A stretch of DNA of 64,000 bases from Fibrobacteria bacterium. Its GTDB lineage: Bacteria; Fibrobacterota; Fibrobacteria; UBA11236. Of the stretch, positions 35,775 to 44,949 are shown piece after piece. Location: NCBI GenBank assembly GCA_041746255.1, contig JBGTHM010000115.1, positions 32,001 through 96,000 of the forward strand. The letters run 5' to 3'. The notes below the pieces were generated by a model. It did no database searches. It saw only the letters and a program-made list of their open reading frames with translations, and had not been told where the DNA came from. The translations under genes and the position numbers were made by a program. The first letter of the stretch is position 1, and each line of letters begins with the position of its first letter.

Positions 35775-37328
35775 ATGCCGATAGGAGTCATACTACTGCT
35801 GCTAACCATGGTTGCATCGGGTCGAGAGCCGGAATCGCCACTGGCTTTGTCGCTGGAGCGGGCCGGTAAAGCTCTGGAAATGAGGCAATGGGATGAAGCG
35901 GTTGCCCAATATATCGAAGCCTCCCATCAGGGAATGTCGCAAGACAGCCTCATGTATTTTCTGGCCGGAACCGCACTTGCAAAAGGAGCCGCCGACACGG
36001 CGCTGGTTTTCAACTTTGCCATCGGGTTCCAGCCGAAAACACCGCTGCATACTGCTGCAATCAATCAGCGGATGCGTATTTACACGGAATTAGGGATGGA
36101 AAGTGAGGTTGCAAGACTTCAGGATAGCCTGGCATCCCCTTTTCGGCGCGACGTTGCGTCCTGGTTTCCGAAAGGGAAGTTGCGATTGGGAAGCGGGTAT
36201 TCCCACGAAACGGTAGTGGAGGAAGCCTTGTTTCCCGACCGCCCCGGACCCGATGGACCGCCCAATGCGGTGTTACAAGGCCATTTCCGTCGCTTACAGG
36301 CGGGCTTGGAATGGAGTGTGGGGTTGGGAAAAACGACCACCCTGGAAATCGAAAGCGGGTATAGGAGCTTCAAGGCCATTTACCGCGACTCCTCAAAAAG
36401 CGACTTGGGCGTGGAATTACGCATGACGCGCTTGTGGAAACATCTATTTGCCGGATTGGGTTTTTGGCGCGTCGACAATGGGTACAACCCGGTTTCACAT
36501 TTACAGCGAAGCGATATCTCCCTGGTAACCTTAACGCGAAAAAGCCTGCACCTCGCCAATCTAGGCTTCGAACGCGACTTCTATGGCGACCAACGCCGTA
36601 AACATGAGATGCTTTGGGCATTGTATTATTGGGATTTGAATATCGCCACCGCCGAAGGTTTCAACTTGACGGTTTCGGCGAATGGCTATTTCGCGGATGC
36701 CCAGCGCATGGAGAGATTGAAGATAATTTTCGTGGAAAGTGGAACCATGGGACGGACGGAACATTTCACCGACCGCACATTTACGCAACGGGTTCCCGGC
36801 AACCGTTTTACCTCCGCGGTCAATTCCCTCAATTATTTTGAACGGGAGGATCAGGTTTCCCGACTCGATTATTGGGCGGTAAGCGTTGCCCCAGCCTATA
36901 CCCATCCCCTATTCTCGCGATGGGATGGGTCCATCCAAGTGGGATTTTCGGCTTTTTACTATCCCCGTGATTTCGTCTGGCAGCAAATTTCCCCTGTCAT
37001 CCCCATCCCCTCACTCCCCCTGACGGTAGCCTATAGCCGACTTGAAGGTCGGTATTTTTATGTGGATGAGCAGAAAATAGGCGGAGACGACCTCTTCAAT
37101 GAGGACACACCGGTTTTCGATTTACAAAAATATTCCCAAAAGCGCGTGGATCTCTCCTCGGAACTCACCCTGACCCTCAAGCGGAAAACCCTCCGCTGGG
37201 GCACGCTCGAATTCCGTTCCCAAGCCCGATACCTCCATTCCAATCTCGCAGAGCATGCCCCCGTGGAAATACCCAAGTGGGATATTGGCGTCGGTTTTGA
37301 CTGGCGTAACAAATGGGAGTTTTTGTAA
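35775..37328 (+). CDS. TPR-containing putative outer-membrane beta-barrel protein
   Basis: Signal peptide, N-terminal TPR-like helices, amphipathic strands, aromatic C-terminus 'WRNKWEFL'. Confidence 0.65.
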   Translation: MPIGVILLLLTMVASGREPESPLALSLERAGKALEMRQWDEAVAQYIEASHQGMSQDSLMYFLAGTALAKGAADTALVFNFAIGFQPKTPLHTAAINQRMRIYTELGMESEVARLQDSLASPFRRDVASWFPKGKLRLGSGYSHETVVEEALFPDRPGPDGPPNAVLQGHFRRLQAGLEWSVGLGKTTTLEIESGYRSFKAIYRDSSKSDLGVELRMTRLWKHLFAGLGFWRVDNGYNPVSHLQRSDISLVTLTRKSLHLANLGFERDFYGDQRRKHEMLWALYYWDLNIATAEGFNLTVSANGYFADAQRMERLKIIFVESGTMGRTEHFTDRTFTQRVPGNRFTSAVNSLNYFEREDQVSRLDYWAVSVAPAYTHPLFSRWDGSIQVGFSAFYYPRDFVWQQISPVIPIPSLPLTVAYSRLEGRYFYVDEQKIGGDDLFNEDTPVFDLQKYSQKRVDLSSELTLTLKRKTLRWGTLEFRSQARYLHSNLAEHAPVEIPKWDIGVGFDWRNKWEFL

Positions 37329-37331
37329 ACC

Positions 37332-38003
37332 ATGAAAAAAACCGGTATTGCGATCCTGCTCCTGGTGCTTTCCACCCTGATGCTGACGGCCTGCCAACCC
37401 GACGATGTTGAGAAGGGTAATATCAGCCTTAGCTTGGGTGATTACCCGCGCGCCATGGCTTTTTTCGAGGCTGCCTTACAAGAACGTCCTGATCATGCCG
37501 AAGCACGGTTGGGCATGGGAAAAGCCCTTCTGCAAAAGGCCATGGACGGCAACGATGACCCTCGTATTTGGGACCAGGCCATGCTCCACCTTGAGGCGTT
37601 TCGAACCCTAGCGCCGGACCATGGAGCCCAGTCCCTGTTAAGCCAGGCGTACACCGAGAAGGCACGCTTCCTACTCGACCGTTCCGACACCCTCTCGGCC
37701 CTCAAATCCCTGGCCCGCTCACGTGATATCGATCCCGAAGACGTGGCGGCCATCAATCTGGCGGGCATACTCTATTGCCGCCTGGGCCAACCCGACAAAG
37801 GCGAGACTCTTTTCTTTTCCGCGCTCGCCCTGGATACTGCCAACGCTTCTGCCAATTTCAACCTCGGCATGTTGAGTTGGCAACGTCAAGACTACGAAGG
37901 GGCCCGCGATTTTTGGTCGAAAGCATTGAAGAACGCGCCGCAAGACGAAGACATTCTCTTCTGGTTCGCTCTTTCTGAAAAGCACCTCCAGGATATTCCA
38001 TGA
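37332..38003 (+). CDS. TPR lipoprotein
   Basis: Lipobox LTA-C and multiple TPRs (ARLGMGKA, AINLAGI, ANFNLGML). Confidence 0.85.
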   Translation: MKKTGIAILLLVLSTLMLTACQPDDVEKGNISLSLGDYPRAMAFFEAALQERPDHAEARLGMGKALLQKAMDGNDDPRIWDQAMLHLEAFRTLAPDHGAQSLLSQAYTEKARFLLDRSDTLSALKSLARSRDIDPEDVAAINLAGILYCRLGQPDKGETLFFSALALDTANASANFNLGMLSWQRQDYEGARDFWSKALKNAPQDEDILFWFALSEKHLQDIP

Positions 38004-39382
38004 TTCCCCGGTTGCCCAAAGGCTTTTCCCACCCCATGCGTATCGGTGAAGGCGCGTTTTCGTCGGTTTACCGGGTGCGCCAAAAGGCATTGGATAGGTG
38101 GGTGGCCATCAAGATGCATAAGCAAAATGGTGTGGAAGAGCGCCGTGAGCTTTTGAAGGAAGCGCGCCTGCAGGCCGGTATGGGTATACCGTGCATTCCT
38201 GCGGTATTCGACGCCTTCGAATGGCGCAGCCAGGTTTGCATAGTTATGCAATGGGTGAAAGGGGTGCCGCTCACCCTCCTCATCTCGCGGCTCACCACCG
38301 ACCAACAACGTTTGGCGCTGGCAGACGCGTTTATCACGGCCCTGGCGCATTTGCACCGCGCGGGCTACGTCCATCGGGACATCAAGCCCGCCAATGTTTT
38401 GGTATCGCCCGACGAAGGCCTTTACCTGGTGGATTTCGGTTTCACCAAAAACGCATCCGGTGGAGCGCTCGAATCCGTTTCCGGCCATATCAAGGGAACG
38501 CCGGCTTTCATGGCCCCGGAAATTTTCCAGGGGCGCCCTGATATCGACTGGATGCGAACCGACATTTATTCGGCCGGTAAACTCCTGAATCAACTGCTTC
38601 CCCGCAATTGGAATCCTGAATTTCTCTCCAGCCTGGTGGAAGACGAACCCGCCCGCCGCCCCGCCTCCGGCATGGAGGTGATGGAAAGGTGGCGCCTGTT
38701 GCCCGATATGAAATTGGGTTCCGGCGCCATAGAATGGCAAAGCCTATCCGCCCAGTTGGCCTCGGACCTTTTGGCGAAAAACCTCTACCTGGCCGCCCGC
38801 CAATTGGGGGGAGCCGGCCGTACCGACGAATCCTATTGGCTGGTAACCGAATGCCTGGAGGAGAACTCTGAGTTTCCCGATGCGCTCGACTACATGGCAT
38901 CACTGCCTCAACTGGGACGCCGTGCAAGGCGACTGCGTATGGCGTGGATTTCCAGCGGCAGTCTTGTGATAATATTTTTGATAATAGGAGCCTTTTTAAT
39001 CGGAAAGCAAAACCAGCCTTCCGACTCCGGATCCAAACCAGTAATCGCCCAGGCTAATACCTTTCTTCTGCCGCAATCCGACTTGGGTTATTCCGGTCTT
39101 AACCTACCGTTACATGAGGTCGGCACACCCGCGCAATCTTTCAACGCCAGCCTGTTAATCGTAGGAGAAACAGGAACCGCCGTTTTGCGGGTGGACGGAA
39201 ATGCAGCCGCATTCCAATCCGGCAAGCCGGTGGCCATCCCCTATGGTTTACGTCGAATCCAGCTTTACTCGGATGAACGCGAAATCTTCAACGAACAAAT
39301 TTCATTTCTGCCTTTTCAAACGCGGTTGCTTAAAATATCTGCAATGACGTCGAACCAAAGGAATTCCCGGCATGACCCTTGA
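38000..39382 (+). CDS. Membrane Hanks-type Ser/Thr kinase with C-terminal periplasmic (PEGA-like) domain
   Basis: IGEGAFSSV, VAIK, HRDIKPAN, DFG, GTPAFMAPE. TM 'LVIIFLIIGAFLIG'. 'AVLRVDG'. Confidence 0.88.
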   Translation: MIPRLPKGFSHPMRIGEGAFSSVYRVRQKALDRWVAIKMHKQNGVEERRELLKEARLQAGMGIPCIPAVFDAFEWRSQVCIVMQWVKGVPLTLLISRLTTDQQRLALADAFITALAHLHRAGYVHRDIKPANVLVSPDEGLYLVDFGFTKNASGGALESVSGHIKGTPAFMAPEIFQGRPDIDWMRTDIYSAGKLLNQLLPRNWNPEFLSSLVEDEPARRPASGMEVMERWRLLPDMKLGSGAIEWQSLSAQLASDLLAKNLYLAARQLGGAGRTDESYWLVTECLEENSEFPDALDYMASLPQLGRRARRLRMAWISSGSLVIIFLIIGAFLIGKQNQPSDSGSKPVIAQANTFLLPQSDLGYSGLNLPLHEVGTPAQSFNASLLIVGETGTAVLRVDGNAAAFQSGKPVAIPYGLRRIQLYSDEREIFNEQISFLPFQTRLLKISAMTSNQRNSRHDP

Positions 39383-41180
39383 AGTCTATCCTGCTCTTTT
39401 AAATCTCGAGACGCATACGGAAACCTCTTTGAAAGGACGCATATTCACTTTCGGCTCTTCGCAAAGCTGCGGATTGGTATTGCCCCGTGAGTGCCCGGAA
39501 CGATTGGGCCACTTCCTTTTCTCCAACGGACGCTACCAAATCCAATCGCTCAACAGCGGCTCCGTACGGTTCAACGGCAAACCCGTGCAAGCGCCCATGG
39601 AGATGCGGCATGGCGATGAAATCGATTTGGCCGGCCGGGTTTTCCGGTTTCTGGAGCGGGCCGATGCTCCGGAGTCGGGTCCGGATGAAGACCCCGTGGG
39701 GGAGTTCATCGAAATCATGGTGGGACTATTGCAGGAGAGACGTCCTGATGGTTTCGATCGCTTGGTCGGAAGCGTATCGCGCATTCTCAAATGCGATGCC
39801 GCCCGCCTGGTCGGCGAGGATCCCGTCCGGGAAGAACGGGTGACACTGGCCCGTTACCCCAGGGAAAGCGGGCTGGAGCGTTTTTCCAATCGCGCCATAG
39901 ACTGGGCCCGGGATGCGGAGAAAACCGTCCTGATGCATCAGGCCGATTGGAATGACGAAGCCGATGAAGGCGGATCCGCCTCGTCGCTTACTTCCCTGGA
40001 AAAAAACCGGGTCAGCTCGATTCTTTGCGCACCCCTGGCCGAACAGGGACAGGTACTCGGCTATCTCTATCTGGACCGGCTTAATCGCGACATGCCGTTC
40101 ACGGAAAAGGACAGGCGCTTCTGCGATCTGCTGCGGCCCCTGTTCGAGGAAATCCTGCGACAGAGAAAAGAATGGGCGCGGCAAAAGGAAACCATCGCCC
40201 GGCTCCAACAAGCCGGTGGCGCGGGTGGAAGCGTCATCTATGGCAGCCGAAATATGATCGAAGTGATGGAATTGGCGGGACGAGTGGCGGCCACCGATTC
40301 GACCGTACTTATCAACGGCGAAACCGGCACGGGTAAGGAAGTACTCGCCCGTTTCATCCATGCCCAGTCGCGGCGGGCCGACAAACCCTTTCTTGCCATC
40401 AATTGTGGGGCCATACCGGAGAACCTGATTGAATCGGAGTTGTTCGGTTATGAAAAAGGCTCCTTCACCGGCGCCACCCAGCAGAAAAAAGGCCTTTTCG
40501 AATCGGCGCAAGGCGGAACGGTTTTCCTGGACGAAATCGGAGAATTGACCCTGTCATTGCAAGTCAAGTTGTTGCGCGTGTTGCAGGAAGGCTGCATAAC
40601 CCGAGTGGGCGGCAACGAACCCTTGGCGGTCAACGTCCGCATCTTATCGGCCACCCACCGCGATTTAACCCGCGAGGTGGAGGAGGGCCGGTTCCGTCAG
40701 GACATGTATTTCCGGCTTAATGTACTCCAATTGAATTTGCCGGCGCTGCGGGAACGCGACGACGACATTTTGCTCCTGGCCGATTATCTGCTCAAAAAAT
40801 ATTGCCAACAATTCGGCTTGCCGCTGAAACAACTTTCCGCCTCCGCCCGTAAGGAGTTGATGCTCTATGCCTGGCCGGGGAATATCCGGGAATTGGAAAA
40901 CGTGATGCAAAAAGCCATTCTGCTTTCGACTTCCCGTTTGCTGGGTGCATCCGATTTACCCCTGCGGCAATCCCCTTTCGCACGGAAATCTCCCGTAACG
41001 CCAGGGTTTCTGACTCTCAAAGAAGCGCGGGCGGCGGCGGAAAAAGACGCCATTACCGCGGCCATGCAACGTTGCCGGGGAAATATTTCGCAGGCCTCAC
41101 GGCTTTTGCAAATCGATCGAAAGTGGCTGATGAAAATGATGCAGGAATTGGAAATCGACGCGGATGCTTTCCGCGAATGA
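39372..41180 (+). CDS. sigma54-dependent activator: FHA-like, GAF, AAA+ and Fis-type HTH domains
   Basis: N-terminal FHA-like fold, SILCAPL...LYLD (GAF), GETGTGKE, ESELFG, GSFTGA, FLDEIG, WPGNIREL, GNISQASRLLQIDR. Confidence 0.92.
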   Translation: MTLEVYPALLNLETHTETSLKGRIFTFGSSQSCGLVLPRECPERLGHFLFSNGRYQIQSLNSGSVRFNGKPVQAPMEMRHGDEIDLAGRVFRFLERADAPESGPDEDPVGEFIEIMVGLLQERRPDGFDRLVGSVSRILKCDAARLVGEDPVREERVTLARYPRESGLERFSNRAIDWARDAEKTVLMHQADWNDEADEGGSASSLTSLEKNRVSSILCAPLAEQGQVLGYLYLDRLNRDMPFTEKDRRFCDLLRPLFEEILRQRKEWARQKETIARLQQAGGAGGSVIYGSRNMIEVMELAGRVAATDSTVLINGETGTGKEVLARFIHAQSRRADKPFLAINCGAIPENLIESELFGYEKGSFTGATQQKKGLFESAQGGTVFLDEIGELTLSLQVKLLRVLQEGCITRVGGNEPLAVNVRILSATHRDLTREVEEGRFRQDMYFRLNVLQLNLPALRERDDDILLLADYLLKKYCQQFGLPLKQLSASARKELMLYAWPGNIRELENVMQKAILLSTSRLLGASDLPLRQSPFARKSPVTPGFLTLKEARAAAEKDAITAAMQRCRGNISQASRLLQIDRKWLMKMMQELEIDADAFRE

Positions 41181-41182
41181 TT

Positions 41183-42112
41183 TTAATCGCCGGATTCGGA
41201 GGTGTCGGCATTGGTATCCGGCTCCACCACTACGGGACCGGATCGCAATTCCCTCCAACGTTCGTCCGTCAAGCGCCTTGACAGGGAGTCGAGTCGTGCC
41301 TGGTCGCCATTGTTCGATAGGGTATCGGTGGGAATTTTAAGTCCTCGAAAGAGAGCATAATTGCGTTGCACCCGCGCCCGATGGCGGTTGTATGCCCAGT
41401 TGGGGCGTCGCGGATCCCATTTCGTGGGGCTGGGAAGCAAACTTACCAGGGAGAGCATTTCTTCCTGTGTCAGCTGATTCGGTAATTTGGAAAAATAATG
41501 CTCACTTGCGGACCGGACACCGAAAATTCCCCGGTCGAACTGGGCTACATTCAGGTATATCTCAAGAATTCTTTCTTTACTCAGGTAATTTTCCAGTAGC
41601 AAGGTTATCACCGCCTCCCGCATTTTACGCGTCAGCTCTTTATCTCCGCTCAAATAGAGGTTTTTCGCCAGTTGCTGGGTTATGGTGCTGGCGCCTCGGG
41701 CGTTTCGTCCCGACTGGTGGTTCGCGACTATGGCGAATTCGATTTGTTCGATATCGAATCCCTGATGCGAAAAGAATTTACCGTCCTCGGCCACCAAGAC
41801 CATTTCACGCAAGGCTTTGGGAATACTATCGAGGGGGCTCCACTCCCACCGTACGCCGCGCTCCTCGTCGGTAAGGGAGGAGTCGGAACGGAGATCCGCC
41901 CGTTCCGCTTCAATGAAGGCGGTAGTGGGCGGGTTGATATCCCGCAAGACGCGAATGTCCCAAAAGTGGAAATAACCGGTAACCTGGATGACCGCCCAAA
42001 TCATGAAAACCAGCAAGGCTCCCAGCGCGATTTGGTAGAGAGTCCAAAAGGAAATCCATATCCCTTTAAAAAACAGGAAAAGAATGCGGATTATGCGAAA
42101 AATAGTCGGCAT
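41183..42112 (-). CDS. mtgA: Monofunctional peptidoglycan transglycosylase
   Basis: AEDGKFFSHQGFD, RGASTITQQLAKNLYL, RKMREA, KERILEIYLN. Confidence 0.9.
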   Translation of the reverse strand: MPTIFRIIRILFLFFKGIWISFWTLYQIALGALLVFMIWAVIQVTGYFHFWDIRVLRDINPPTTAFIEAERADLRSDSSLTDEERGVRWEWSPLDSIPKALREMVLVAEDGKFFSHQGFDIEQIEFAIVANHQSGRNARGASTITQQLAKNLYLSGDKELTRKMREAVITLLLENYLSKERILEIYLNVAQFDRGIFGVRSASEHYFSKLPNQLTQEEMLSLVSLLPSPTKWDPRRPNWAYNRHRARVQRNYALFRGLKIPTDTLSNNGDQARLDSLSRRLTDERWRELRSGPVVVEPDTNADTSESGD

Positions 42113-42231
42113 AGGTCGTTAACAAAGCTTTTCGAGCCCGCTGGCGAATGTAGTTTTATACCGATTCACTGCGTAGTGGATATTGCTACTTACCCGGCAT
42201 CGACTAAAGTTTCAGGCGGAGAAATTCAAAA

Positions 42232-43005
42232 ATGACGCGCTTCAGGCCCTGCATCGATATCCATGAAGGCAAGGTGAAACAAATCGTGGGCGGCAGCCTC
42301 TCCGATTCGGGCGAGGGTCTCAAAACCAATTTCGTTTCGGACCAAGACCCGGCCTATTTCGCGGATTTGTACCGTAAAGACGGCCTCACCGGGGGGCATG
42401 TCATTCAATTGGGGCCCGGAAATACCGCGGCATCCCTGCAGGCATTGGCTGCCTATCCCGCAGGAATGCAAATCGGCGGCGGCATCGACCTGGATAACGC
42501 GGAAACCTTTTTGCAGGCGGGAGCCAGCCATGTCATCGTCACGTCCTGGATATTTCCGCAGGGCCGCCTGGATTGGAAGCGCTTGAAGTCACTTACGGGC
42601 CGAATTGGCCGGGAACGGCTGGTGGTCGACTTGAGCTGCCGCAGGGTGGCGGATGGCTGGAACGTAGCCATGAACCGATGGCAGACCGTGACCGACACAG
42701 CCCTGAATGCCCAGCTTTTTGAATCGTTAGCGCCTTTTTGTGACGAGTTTCTGGTGCATGCCGCCGATGTGGAAGGCCATTGCCGGGGTATCGACCTGGC
42801 CTTGGTCAGGCATCTCGCCGAAATCTCTCCCCTACCCGTCACTTATGCCGGAGGCGCGAATTCACTCCAGGATTTGCAAACGGTGGCCACGGAGAGTTCG
42901 GGGAAAGTCGACCTATCCATCGGCAGCGCCCTGGATATATTCGGAGGAAACCTCATCCGCTACGCGGACTGCGTCGCCTTCAACCCCGGCTCCGCCCTAC
43001 CGTGA
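42232..43005 (+). CDS. hisA: ProFAR isomerase, eukaryote-like (His6-type)
   Basis: FRPCIDIHEGKVKQIVGGSL, GGHVIQLG, DLSCR, HAADVEG, IGSALDIFGG. Confidence 0.93.
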   Translation: MTRFRPCIDIHEGKVKQIVGGSLSDSGEGLKTNFVSDQDPAYFADLYRKDGLTGGHVIQLGPGNTAASLQALAAYPAGMQIGGGIDLDNAETFLQAGASHVIVTSWIFPQGRLDWKRLKSLTGRIGRERLVVDLSCRRVADGWNVAMNRWQTVTDTALNAQLFESLAPFCDEFLVHAADVEGHCRGIDLALVRHLAEISPLPVTYAGGANSLQDLQTVATESSGKVDLSIGSALDIFGGNLIRYADCVAFNPGSALP

Positions 43006-43877
43006 CATTTCTGTTACCCCAGCGCCAGCCGGTGTATTCCGGCGGGAACCGCGCCAAGACCATGGACTATTCCCTGGTCCTCTCTTCGGAAGGGTTCCGC
43101 CATTGGATTGAGTTCGACGGGCAAGACTACCACTTATTGGTGGAGGAACAGGCGCTTGGTCAGGCCCAGGAGGTCTTGAACACCTATAATCGGGAAAACG
43201 AAGACTTCAACCAACCGGAAGAGGCCCCTCTGGCTCTGGACCTGTACCTTTCACCGCTAGCCATATTGCTGGTTCCCACCTTCGTTTATTTCGCGGTAGG
43301 CTATAGCGATGCGCCCGTATGGTTGCAAAGACGAGGGATGGCGGATAGTCTCGCAATTCTGGCCGGCGAGTGGTGGCGAACCCTGACGGCATTGACACTG
43401 CATGCCGACCACGCGCATTTTTTCGGAAACCTGGTATCGGGCTATTTCATTCTCAACCTGCTCAACCACCGATTGCGCCTGGGCTCCATGCTTTTAGGCC
43501 TGACCCTGATTTCCGCAGCCACCAATGGGCTGGTGGCTTGGTATGCCCACTCGCCCCATTTATCCTTGGGATTCTCCACCTTCGTCTTTGCCGCCCTGGG
43601 TCTTTTAGCGGCCGTGGAAACGCGCCATTGGCGTACCATGCCTTTAAAAAACCTGAGACAGGTCACACCGCTACTGTCGGCCTTTTTCCTGGCGGTGATG
43701 ATGGGACTGGGAGAGCGCGCGGATGTGCGGGCCCACTTTTTCGGATTTTTCCTGGGTATGTTCGCGGGATTGATCTTCTACCGCAAGGAAGTGACTTTTC
43801 CCCCCTGGATGCAGGGAGCGATGCTGATACTGGGTTATTCCCTTTATGGGCTGGCCTGGTTTCTGGCCCTCGCATAA
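43002..43877 (+). CDS. Rhomboid family intramembrane serine protease
   Basis: EWWRTLTALTLH, HFFGN, GFS (Ser), AHFFG (His). GTG start overlaps the hisA stop. Confidence 0.88.
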   Translation: MTFLLPQRQPVYSGGNRAKTMDYSLVLSSEGFRHWIEFDGQDYHLLVEEQALGQAQEVLNTYNRENEDFNQPEEAPLALDLYLSPLAILLVPTFVYFAVGYSDAPVWLQRRGMADSLAILAGEWWRTLTALTLHADHAHFFGNLVSGYFILNLLNHRLRLGSMLLGLTLISAATNGLVAWYAHSPHLSLGFSTFVFAALGLLAAVETRHWRTMPLKNLRQVTPLLSAFFLAVMMGLGERADVRAHFFGFFLGMFAGLIFYRKEVTFPPWMQGAMLILGYSLYGLAWFLALA

Positions 43878-43883
43878 ACCGCC

Positions 43884-44924
43884 CTATTCGGGTAGGTGCG
43901 TGGGTAGGAGAACATGGTCGACCTTGAAAATCTTGGCGAATAGTGCGACCCGCATCCACATTCCGTTTCGCTCCTGACGCCAGTATTTCGCGCGAGGGTC
44001 TTCATCGATGGCCGGATCGATTTCGTCGCGGCGCGGAAGCGGGTGCATGATGACACCATCTTGCTTGAGCATGGACAGCTCTTTAAGCCCGAACCGGAAG
44101 CGGCTGAAATCCGTCTCCCGGGATTCACCCTCCAAGTCGTGTTCATCCTGGATACGGGTAACATATACCGCATCGAGGTCGGGAAGCGCCTCGTGCAAAT
44201 TCTCGGTTTCGAAAAAATTCACGTTATGGAGTTGGAGATGATCCTTGATGTCTTGCTCCATCCGAAAGCCCGGAGGCGCGATGAACACCAGTTTGACGTC
44301 CCGGTAATTCTTCATGAGGTAACTTAAGGACCGGACGGTTCTACCTCGCTTCAAATCGCCCATCATGCCGATGGTTTTACCATCAATCCCGCCGCGATGT
44401 TTGAAACTGCGCATGAGGGTGTAGATATCGAGCAAGGCCTGGGTGGGATGCTGGTCCTTGCCGCTTCCCGCATTGATGATGGGCACCCGTCTTTGCACAT
44501 GATCGAAGAGGTCCGCGGCTGCCTGGGTCCTACCTTCCACCTGGGTGCGCATGACCACCACATCCACATAAGAGCTGAAAGTGCGAATGCTGTCGAGAAA
44601 GCTCTCTCCTTTCACCTCCGAAGAGGTGGCGGGATCGCGGATTTCGCTGGTTTGCATGCCCAAAACCTGACAGGCATTATTGAAGGAAAGAAAGGTCCGG
44701 GTCGAAGGCTGGGTGAAATACAGCATGGCCCGTTTGTCGGCCAGTAGCGTTCGCAGGAACATCAGTCCCTCCCGCTGCTTGGCGAACCTTCGGATGGCGG
44801 TGGTCAACGAACACAACTCATCCAGCAAGGGCCGGGTGAATTGCTGGGTTTTCAGGACATGAAAAAGTTCGGAAGGATTGGCAGGATGGGAAGGGTCGGT
44901 AGGGTCGGCTTTGGCTTGGGTCAT
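43884..44924 (-). CDS. pyrB: Aspartate carbamoyltransferase catalytic subunit
   Basis: PSTRTFLSF, KGES, HPTQALLD, GDLKRGRTVRS, TRIQDE, MHPLPR. Confidence 0.95.
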   Translation of the reverse strand: MTQAKADPTDPSHPANPSELFHVLKTQQFTRPLLDELCSLTTAIRRFAKQREGLMFLRTLLADKRAMLYFTQPSTRTFLSFNNACQVLGMQTSEIRDPATSSEVKGESFLDSIRTFSSYVDVVVMRTQVEGRTQAAADLFDHVQRRVPIINAGSGKDQHPTQALLDIYTLMRSFKHRGGIDGKTIGMMGDLKRGRTVRSLSYLMKNYRDVKLVFIAPPGFRMEQDIKDHLQLHNVNFFETENLHEALPDLDAVYVTRIQDEHDLEGESRETDFSRFRFGLKELSMLKQDGVIMHPLPRRDEIDPAIDEDPRAKYWRQERNGMWMRVALFAKIFKVDHVLLPTHLPE

Positions 44925-44949
44925 ATCGACCCTGGAAAATAATTACAAA

